Source: an uncultured Chloroflexia bacterium
GTDB lineage: Bacteria > Chloroflexota > Limnocylindria > Limnocylindrales > CSP1-4
Length of the DNA: 64,000 nucleotides
Direction of reading: 5' to 3'
NCBI GenBank assembly: GCA_963776385.1
Contig: CAVZME010000011.1
Span: 465,195-529,194, forward strand
Positions 56,982-64,000 of this stretch are shown piece by piece. The translations under genes were made by a program, and so were the position numbers. Position 1 is the stretch's first letter. Each line of letters opens with the position of its first letter. Below the pieces are notes generated by a model. The model saw nothing but the letters and a program-made list of their open reading frames with translations. It had not been told where the DNA came from and ran no database searches.

Positions 56982-59786
56982 ATGTCCGCCGCTCGAACCG
57001 CCGCCCGCCCCAGACCACGACGACGCGCCCGACCGACGACCATCGGCTACATCGCGATCATCGCCTTCCTGTTCCTCGCCGGAGTCGGCGCGATCCTCGC
57101 GTTCGCGTCCGTCACCGCGTTCGTGGCCCTGACCAACGGGCTGGATGACCCCGCCACGCTGACCGACTACCCGCTGCCGGAAGAGACGATCATCTACGAC
57201 CGGACCGGCAAGGTCGAGCTCGCGCGGTTCGGTGACGCCAAGCGCGAAGTGGTCACCTTCGACCAGATCCCGAAGGTGCTGCTCGACGCCACGACGGCTG
57301 TCGAGGACAAGACCTTCTGGGACAACGCCGGGTTCGACCCGGTCGCGATCGTGTCGGCGGCTCTCGGCTCGCTGCGCGGCGACGCCCGCGGCGCATCGAC
57401 CATCACCCAGCAGCTGGTCCGGGCGCGCCTCCTCGACCCGGCTCTCGTCCAGGACCCGCATCGGACGGCCGAGCGCAAGCTCAAGGAGATCATCCAGTCG
57501 ATCCGGGTGACCCAGCACTTCGGCGGAGAGACGGGCAAGGAACAGATCATCACGGCCTATCTCAACCAGAACTACTACGGCAATCAGAGCTATGGCGTCA
57601 AGGCCGCGGTCAAGAGCTATTTCGGCATCGATCTCGCCGACATCGATCCGGCCCAGGCCGCGATCATCGCCGGGTTGCCGAAGTCACCATCGAACTACGA
57701 CCTCGTGCGCAACGCCATCGAGCGCTGCACGACCGTTGTCGAGGAAGGCGCCGACTGCCCGAAGTCGCAACTCGTCGTGCCCTCGACTGCGCCGGTCGTC
57801 CAGCGTCGCGACCAGATCCTCGACCTTCTCGCGTCCGGTCGGACCCCGATGTCCCAGGACCAGTACAGCGCGTCCGAGTTCACGGTCGCCAAGGGCGAGG
57901 ACGTCGTCCTGGCCGGCCAGTCGTCGGCCCGCTGGGTGGCCCCGCACTTCGTGTGGGCGGTCCGCGACGAGCTCGCCGACAAATTGTGCGGCGTCGATGT
58001 GCCATCGTGCGACGAGCTCGACCTGGGCGGCCTGCGGGTGACGACGACCCTCGATGTGAACCTCCAGAAGGTCGCCGAGAAATGGGTCCGTGGAGCGGCC
58101 GTCGTGCCCAACAAGAAAGCGAAGGACATGGCCGCGGCCGCCAAGGCGCTCGGGTTCAAGAAGCTCGAACCGTGGATGTCCAACCTCAAGAACAAGGACC
58201 TCCACAACAGCGCGCTCGTCGCGGTCGACTACGAGACCGGCGAACTGGTCGCCTACGTCGGCAGCGCGGACTACTACGCGACCTCGACCAAGCCCGCCTT
58301 CCAGCCGCAGTACGACGTCGTCGGCAAGGGCTATCGCCAGCCCGGTTCGGCGTTCAAGCCGTTCAACTACGCGGTCGGCATCGACGACCGGAAGATCACC
58401 GCAGGCACGATGCTGATGGACGTGGCCACGGATTTCGGCGGCGGCTACACGCCCAACGACGCCGACCGCCTCGAACGCGGCCCCGTCCGCGTTCGCAACG
58501 CGCTCCAGTTCTCGCTCAACATCCCGTCGGTCAAGACGATGGCCATCAACAAGCCCGACCGTGTCTTCGCCAAGGCCCAGGAATTCGGGATGAAGTTCCA
58601 GGGCGACCGCACCGCCGAACTGGCCCTCGCCCTCGGCGTCCAGGAGGTCCGTCCGGTCGATCTCGTGTCCGCTTATGGCACGCTCGCCAACGGCGGGCGC
58701 GAAGTCCCGCACACGACGATCCTGGCCATCAAGGACTCGAACGGGAAGGACGTCCAGCCGCCGTACGTGCCGCCTGCCGGCAAGCAGGTCATCAGCCCGC
58801 AGGCCGCCTACATCGTCACCGACATCCTGGCCGGCAACACCAACAAGAACGTCAACCCGTTCTGGGGCAAGTTCGCGATCACGGGTCCCGACGGACGACG
58901 CCCGGCGACCCTCAAGACGGGCACGAACAACGACGCCAAGGACCTCAACGCCTACGGCTATATCGCCCCGCCGACCGATGCCGGGCGCAAGACCGGGGCG
59001 TATGCCCTCGCGGTCGGCGTCTGGAACGGCAACTCGGACAACAGTCTCGTCTCGACCGCGCGGTCCCCGCTGTTCTCGATCGACGTCTCGACCTACGTCT
59101 GGCAGGGCTTCCTGAACGAGGCGACCGCGAAGTGGCCGGAGACCAACTTCAAGCGTCCCGCCGATGGCCTCGTCCGGGTCAAGATCGACCCGTTCACCGG
59201 CTACATGGCGTCATCTGACAAGAATGCCGTCGACGAATGGTTCATCGCCGGCACGGAGCCCAAGGCCAAGATCGGATCCGACACCTGCGGCATCGACGTC
59301 GTCTTCGGTGTCAAAGTCGAGTCCGGGTTCGACAGCTGGGTCAAGGCCGACCGCGACTGGCTCCGCCGTGCCGAGCGTGGACCTGGCGTCGCGGGCGGCC
59401 CGGGTCGGACGCGGACCGCCTACTTCTACAACGCCGCATACCATCCCTACGGGTCGTCGTGGGGCCTTCTTGTCGGCGGCAAATGCGGGCCGGCACCATC
59501 GCCATCGTGCTTCGTGACACCGACTCCCGACCCGAGTGGCATCGTGCCGTCGTTCGCGATCCCGACGCCGGAAGGATCGTCGGCGGCGGCCCTCCCCTGC
59601 CCACCGACGACCCCGACCGCGAGCCCGAGCGTGGCCCCGTCGGTGGAGCCGTCGGCGCCGCCGACCGAGGCGCCGCCACCGACCGAGGCGCCGCCACCGC
59701 CGACCCCGACCCCGGCTCCGCCTGAGCCCACCCCCACGCCGGTTCCACCCGAGCCCACGCCCACCCCGGTGCCGCCCGCGCCGTGA
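56982..59786 (+). CDS. class A penicillin-binding protein (PBP1A: glycosyltransferase + transpeptidase) with Pro/Thr/Glu-rich C-terminal repeat tail
   Basis: N-terminal TM. GT51 motifs (EDKTFWDNAGFD, RGASTITQQLV). TP motifs SAFKP, SLN, KTGT. Tail TEAPPPTEAPPPPTPTPAPPEPTPTPVPPEPTPTPVPPAP. Confidence 0.9.
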   Translation: MSAARTAARPRPRRRARPTTIGYIAIIAFLFLAGVGAILAFASVTAFVALTNGLDDPATLTDYPLPEETIIYDRTGKVELARFGDAKREVVTFDQIPKVLLDATTAVEDKTFWDNAGFDPVAIVSAALGSLRGDARGASTITQQLVRARLLDPALVQDPHRTAERKLKEIIQSIRVTQHFGGETGKEQIITAYLNQNYYGNQSYGVKAAVKSYFGIDLADIDPAQAAIIAGLPKSPSNYDLVRNAIERCTTVVEEGADCPKSQLVVPSTAPVVQRRDQILDLLASGRTPMSQDQYSASEFTVAKGEDVVLAGQSSARWVAPHFVWAVRDELADKLCGVDVPSCDELDLGGLRVTTTLDVNLQKVAEKWVRGAAVVPNKKAKDMAAAAKALGFKKLEPWMSNLKNKDLHNSALVAVDYETGELVAYVGSADYYATSTKPAFQPQYDVVGKGYRQPGSAFKPFNYAVGIDDRKITAGTMLMDVATDFGGGYTPNDADRLERGPVRVRNALQFSLNIPSVKTMAINKPDRVFAKAQEFGMKFQGDRTAELALALGVQEVRPVDLVSAYGTLANGGREVPHTTILAIKDSNGKDVQPPYVPPAGKQVISPQAAYIVTDILAGNTNKNVNPFWGKFAITGPDGRRPATLKTGTNNDAKDLNAYGYIAPPTDAGRKTGAYALAVGVWNGNSDNSLVSTARSPLFSIDVSTYVWQGFLNEATAKWPETNFKRPADGLVRVKIDPFTGYMASSDKNAVDEWFIAGTEPKAKIGSDTCGIDVVFGVKVESGFDSWVKADRDWLRRAERGPGVAGGPGRTRTAYFYNAAYHPYGSSWGLLVGGKCGPAPSPSCFVTPTPDPSGIVPSFAIPTPEGSSAAALPCPPTTPTASPSVAPSVEPSAPPTEAPPPTEAPPPPTPTPAPPEPTPTPVPPEPTPTPVPPAP

Positions 59787-60595
59787 CCGACGTCGTCATC
59801 GACGTCCGCGGTCTGGTGGTCCGCCGCTCGGGGCGGACGATCCTCGGCCCTCTCGACTGGACCGTGCGCGACGGCGAGCGGTGGGTCGTCATCGGCCCGA
59901 ACGGGTCGGGCAAGACGACCCTCCTGTCCACGATCGGCCTCGAGCTCTGGCCGACAGCCGGCACGGTCGACGTCCTGGGCGCCCGCTACGGGCGCATCGA
60001 CTCGCGGGAGCATCGCCGTCGGATCGGTTCGGCCGGGAGCGCCATCGAGGCGACGCTCCGAACCGACCTCAGCCCGGTGACGATCGTGATGACGGCTCGC
60101 CATGCCGCGACCGAGCCGTGGTGGCACGTGTACGGCGACGACGATCGCCGACGCGCGCGCGAGCTCCTCGCCGGACTCGGACTCGAGCGCGTCGCCGATC
60201 ACGACTACGCCACGTTGTCCGCCGGCGAGCGGCGACGGGTCTCGATCGCCCGCGCATTGATGCCCGACCCCGATCTGCTGCTCCTCGACGAGCCCGCGGC
60301 GAGCCTCGACCTGGGTGCACGCGAGACGCTCATCGAGGATCTCGCGGCACTCGCCGCCCGACCCCGGCCCGCTGCGATCGTCCTCGTCTCGCATCACGTC
60401 GAGGAGATACCGCCCGGCTTCTCACACGCGCTCGTGATGTCCGACGGGTCTTCCGTGGCCGCCGGCCCGATCGAGGACGTCGTCGGCGGCGACATCTTGA
60501 GCCGGGCCTTCGGACTGCCGATCGTGGTCGAGCGGCGCGACGGCCGAGCCTGGGCCAGGATGACGACACGCGAACGTCACACCAAACCACGATGA
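59783..60595 (+). CDS. ABC transporter ATP-binding protein (stand-alone ATPase, ModF/YlmA-like)
   Basis: GPNGSGKTTLL, LSAGERRRVSIARAL, LLLLDEPAASLD. GTG start overlaps the PBP stop. Confidence 0.8.
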   Translation: MTDVVIDVRGLVVRRSGRTILGPLDWTVRDGERWVVIGPNGSGKTTLLSTIGLELWPTAGTVDVLGARYGRIDSREHRRRIGSAGSAIEATLRTDLSPVTIVMTARHAATEPWWHVYGDDDRRRARELLAGLGLERVADHDYATLSAGERRRVSIARALMPDPDLLLLDEPAASLDLGARETLIEDLAALAARPRPAAIVLVSHHVEEIPPGFSHALVMSDGSSVAAGPIEDVVGGDILSRAFGLPIVVERRDGRAWARMTTRERHTKPR

Positions 60596-60602
60596 TGGCG
60601 CG

Positions 60603-62201
60603 GTGAGCACCACCACCAGCGCGTCGAGCGCCCCGACCCGTCCCGCGACGACGCGCGCCGAACGCGACTGGGCGGCGCCCGTCTCCGGCATCGTGGCCAC
60701 AGCTGTGGCGCTGGGCGTTTCGGAACTCCTGGCCGGGCTCCTGCCGGGCGCGACCTCGCTTGTCGCCGCTGTCGGTCAGGTCGTCATCGACCGCCAGCCG
60801 GCCGGCGCAAAGGACATCGTCGTGGCGTGGTTCGGCACGAACGACAAACTCGCCCTCGAACTCTTCATCGTCCTCGTCGCGCTGCTCGTCGGCTGTGTGC
60901 TCGGGATCGTCGCGCGGCGGCACTACGGGCTCGCGGCCGGCGCGTTCATCGCCTTCGGTGTCGTCGGGTTTCTCGCAGCGCTCGGCGACCCCCTGGCCGA
61001 CCCGGCGGTCGCCGCGGCGGCGACGGGCATCTCGATCGGATCGGGACTGTGGGTCCTCGGTTGGTTGCTGGACCGGTCACGGCCAGCCGCAGCAGCCACG
61101 TCGAGCGGGGATGGACCGCCCGCCGAGATGCCGGACTGGTCGCGTCGGTCCTTCATGATCCAGGCGGGTGCGGTCGGCGTCGGTGCCGTCGCGCTCGGCG
61201 TCGTCGGGCGCACATTGCTCGAGCGCCAGCGGGCCGCCCCGGTCGGCAGCGGCCCGGCCGTCCCGCCTGCGTCGGTGACCGTGCCGGGTTTCGGTCCGGA
61301 CGCGGACCTTTCGCCTGCCGTCGCCGGGTTGACTCCGATCATCATGCCCAACGACCGCTTCTACCGGATCGACACCTCGCTGCTGACGCCGAGCGTGGAC
61401 ACGGCGACCTGGACGTTACGCATCCACGGTCTCGTCGACCGTGAGACGACGCTGACCTGGGAGCAACTCATCGCACTCCCCGTCTTCGAGCAGTACGTGA
61501 CCATCGCCTGTGTCAGCAACGAGGTCGGCGGCAGGCTCGTCGGCAACGCCAAGTGGACCGGTGTCCGCCTGCGGGACGTCCTCGAGATCGCCGGAGTCCA
61601 GCCATCGGCGACCCAGCTGGTCGGACGATCCGTCGACGGCTGGACGGCCGGGATGCCGACCGCATGGGTCATGGATCCGGCGCGCGAGCCGATGATCGCG
61701 CTCAAGATGAATGACGAGCCGCTGCCGCCGATCCACGGCTATCCGGCGCGCCTGATCGTGCCGGGACTGTACGGCTATGTGTCCGCGACGAAGTGGCTCA
61801 AGGAATTGGAACTGACGACGCTCGAGGGGTTCGACGGCTACTGGGTGCCGCTCGGCTGGGCCAAGGAGGCTCCGATCCTCACGCAGTCCCGGATCGACAC
61901 GCCGCGCGGCGGGGTCAAGGCCGGACAGGTCGCCATCGCCGGCGTGGCATGGGCACCCGATCGTGGGATCTCCCGCGTCGAGGTCGCCGTCGACGGTGTC
62001 TGGCGCGACGCCCGACTGTCCACGCCGCTCGCCGATTCGACCTGGGTCCAGTGGGTCACCGACTGGGCGGCGACGCCCGGCCAGCACCTCGTCGCGGTCC
62101 GGGCGACCGATGGGACAGGTGTCGTCCAGACCGAGCTCCAGTCGCCACCGGCCCCGGACGGCGCCCGCGGCTATCACACGATCAGTGTCGAGGTCTCCTG
62201 A
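60603..62201 (+). CDS. membrane-anchored sulfite-oxidase-family molybdopterin oxidoreductase
   Basis: 4-5 N-terminal TM helices. Mo-domain YVTIACVSNEVGGRLVGNAKWTGVRLRDVL...PARLIVPGLYGYVSATKWL. C-terminal Ig-like dimerisation domain. Confidence 0.8.
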   Translation: MSTTTSASSAPTRPATTRAERDWAAPVSGIVATAVALGVSELLAGLLPGATSLVAAVGQVVIDRQPAGAKDIVVAWFGTNDKLALELFIVLVALLVGCVLGIVARRHYGLAAGAFIAFGVVGFLAALGDPLADPAVAAAATGISIGSGLWVLGWLLDRSRPAAAATSSGDGPPAEMPDWSRRSFMIQAGAVGVGAVALGVVGRTLLERQRAAPVGSGPAVPPASVTVPGFGPDADLSPAVAGLTPIIMPNDRFYRIDTSLLTPSVDTATWTLRIHGLVDRETTLTWEQLIALPVFEQYVTIACVSNEVGGRLVGNAKWTGVRLRDVLEIAGVQPSATQLVGRSVDGWTAGMPTAWVMDPAREPMIALKMNDEPLPPIHGYPARLIVPGLYGYVSATKWLKELELTTLEGFDGYWVPLGWAKEAPILTQSRIDTPRGGVKAGQVAIAGVAWAPDRGISRVEVAVDGVWRDARLSTPLADSTWVQWVTDWAATPGQHLVAVRATDGTGVVQTELQSPPAPDGARGYHTISVEVS

Positions 62202-62227
62202 TCCGCGTTTCGGTATAGAGTCCCGGC

Positions 62228-62788
62228 ATGGCTCGACGTCGCTATCTTTTCGATCCCCCTGAGCGCTTCGTGGCCGGCACCGTCGGCCGTCCGGGTGACC
62301 GGACGTTCTTCCTGCAGGCCCGTGACGGGTCGCGCGTCGTCAGCGTCGTCCTCGAGAAGGTCCAGGTCGCGGTGCTCGCGGACCGGCTCGGCGACCTGCT
62401 GGCCGAACTCGAACGACGCGGTGTCGAGGCCGCCGCGGAGGACGCGCCGCTCGTCGATGACGTCGCACCGCTCGACGAGCCGATCAACGAGGCGTTCCGG
62501 GCCGGTTCGCTGACCCTCGGCTGGGACGTCGACGACGAGCTGGTGCTCGTCGAGGCACGTGCCCAGTCCGAGGATGGCGAGGCGATCGATCCAGACGAGG
62601 ACGACGACGAGGACGAGGACGGCCCCGACCTGCTGCGTGTCCGGATCAGCGCGGAGGCGGCCCGCTCGTTCGTGGCACGCGCGGCGCGGATCGTCGCGTC
62701 CGGCCGGCCGCCGTGTCCACTGTGCGGCGCGCCATTGGACCCGCAGGGCCACATCTGCCCGCGGCGGAACGGCCACTACGTCAACTAG
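62228..62788 (+). CDS. DUF3090 family protein (actinobacterial, Cys-rich C-terminal CPLCG...GHICPRRNGH)
   Basis: LFDPPERFVAGTVGRPGDRTFFLQARDG N-terminus, acidic linker, C-terminal zinc-ribbon-like motif. Confidence 0.75.
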   Translation: MARRRYLFDPPERFVAGTVGRPGDRTFFLQARDGSRVVSVVLEKVQVAVLADRLGDLLAELERRGVEAAAEDAPLVDDVAPLDEPINEAFRAGSLTLGWDVDDELVLVEARAQSEDGEAIDPDEDDDEDEDGPDLLRVRISAEAARSFVARAARIVASGRPPCPLCGAPLDPQGHICPRRNGHYVN

Positions 62789-62800
62789 GGTGACCGTGCG

Positions 62801-63535
62801 GTGATCGATCGGCGGTCGACCCTCGAGGTCCTGCGCGAGGGCGATCTCGAGATCGTCGGACGGATCGTGGAATCGTCGAACAACGCGATGCTCGTCACGA
62901 TCACGCGCGTCTGTGCGGACCCGGAGCCACCCATGGTCGTGGATGCGATCTACAAGCCGACGCTCGGAGAACGACCGCTCGACGATTTCCCGGACGGGAC
63001 CCTGGCCCGGCGCGAGGTCGCCGCCTGGCACGTGTCCGAGGCATCCGGCTGGGGCGTCGTCCCGCCGACGATCCTCCGCGACGGACCGTTCGGCGAGGGG
63101 ATGGTCCAGGCGTTCGTCGAGGCGGATCCCGCAGTGGATGTGGTGGCCATGGTCGTCGAGGATGACCCGCGTCTGCGCCGGATGGCGGTGCTCGATGCGG
63201 TCATGAACAACACCGACCGAAAGGGCGGGCACATCCTGCCGGTCGATGGCGGGCGGCACATCTACGGCGTCGACCATGGGGTGACGTTCTCGCCGGTCCC
63301 GAAACTGCGGACCGTGTTGTGGGCGTGGCGCGGGATGCCACTGTCGCCCGAGGAGATCGACGGGATCGAGCGGATCCGCGAAGCGCTCGCCGGGGATCTG
63401 GCAGAGACGCTCGCGGGACTGCTGTCGCGGCTCGAGGTCCGCGCCACGGTCCGGCGAACCGAGGCGCTGTTGACCGCTGGTCGGTTCCCCTATCCGTCGC
63501 CGGACTGGCCTGCGATCCCCTGGCCGCCATTCTGA
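62801..63535 (+). CDS. SCO1664-family (PI3/4-kinase-like fold) protein, conserved partner of DUF3090
   Basis: LVTITRV...VDAIYKP...NNTDRKGGHIL...VDHGVTF pattern. Confidence 0.7.
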   Translation: MIDRRSTLEVLREGDLEIVGRIVESSNNAMLVTITRVCADPEPPMVVDAIYKPTLGERPLDDFPDGTLARREVAAWHVSEASGWGVVPPTILRDGPFGEGMVQAFVEADPAVDVVAMVVEDDPRLRRMAVLDAVMNNTDRKGGHILPVDGGRHIYGVDHGVTFSPVPKLRTVLWAWRGMPLSPEEIDGIERIREALAGDLAETLAGLLSRLEVRATVRRTEALLTAGRFPYPSPDWPAIPWPPF

Positions 63536-63793
63536 TCCGGGCCCGGACACGGCGCCGAAACGGCCGCCCTTCTCCGAAACGGCCGCCCTTCTTCTGATGC
63601 CAATCGGGGGCATCAAACATAGGACGCGAGTGCGCGCCCAGCGCGTCCAGGGCGTCCAGCGCGTCTAAGGCGTCCAGCGCCGGGCCTGATGCTCTCGACA
63701 GGCATATCGGGAACGGGCGCCACGAATCGCGCGAGCTCGAGCATCGAACGCCACGGCTGACCGCGTGGCGCACGATACGCAGCGGAGGTGGCG

Positions 63794-64000
63794 ATGCGGC
63801 GCTGGAACGGCTGGGGCGATGAGTCGATCGAGACGACACTCCCGCCGCGTGCCCGCGAGCTGCTCGAGTCTCTGATCGGCATCGGGACGCCACCGCGCGA
63901 CGCGACCCTCGACGAGGTCGCCGCGACCGTCCCGCCGTCACGACTCACCACCGTGGCTGGATTCGACATCGACCCTCGGACACGGATCCGGCACGCCCGC
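63794..64000 (+). CDS. FAD-linked oxidase (AgpS/GlcD-like), N-terminal fragment, 3' end outside window
   Basis: MRRWNGWGDESIETTLPP N-terminus typical of actinobacterial FAD-binding oxidases. RBS GGAGGTG. Confidence 0.55.
   Translation, partial: MRRWNGWGDESIETTLPPRARELLESLIGIGTPPRDATLDEVAATVPPSRLTTVAGFDIDPRTRIRHAR

Overview
This 64 kb window looks like a high-GC (about 70%) chromosomal segment of an actinobacterium, inferred from F420-type LLM oxidoreductase, LCP, DUF3090/SCO1664 and ECF-sigma content. It is densely coding on both strands. Most of the content is ordinary housekeeping and accessory metabolism. At the 5' end is a partial alpha-2-macroglobulin-like protein, followed by a VanY-like M15 peptidase, an LCP family protein and a tRNA-Gln. 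Then come a STAND/LuxR regulator and a putative metal/oxidative-stress cluster: MacB-like ABC transporter, a multicopper oxidase with internal CPMHP-CPxCGM metal-binding modules, an MFS exporter and a redoxin. glnS sits immediately upstream of a second tRNA-Gln. Further along are assorted oxidoreductases, peptidases and two class-III nucleotide cyclases, an ECF sigma factor followed by a TM/beta-propeller gene (possible anti-sigma factor), msrA, a second cyclase-AAA-TPR giant regulator, eda-kdgK-galK, PBP1A, a sulfite-oxidase-like Mo enzyme, and the conserved DUF3090/SCO1664 pair. Three things stand out. (1) Downstream of msrA there is a tandem array of four diverged copies of the last ~86 bp of msrA, which encode a [23 protein letters not shown] tail. 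Each copy closes a small gene module, giving a cassette-like arrangement with no recombinase visible. (2) Downstream of the glnS-linked tRNA-Gln, a 4.3 kb islet is bracketed by a 45 bp direct repeat of the tRNA 3' half. It carries lipoproteins, a membrane/DUF4332 gene and a divergently arranged pair of small paralogous ORFs around a nested palindrome. (3) At least 10 genes show frameshifts, mostly at G/C homopolymer runs. This more likely reflects indel errors in the assembly than genome decay, although a few loci (DoxX, an alpha/beta-hydrolase remnant) look like true pseudogenes. No CRISPR array, rRNA, transposase or integrase was recognised.
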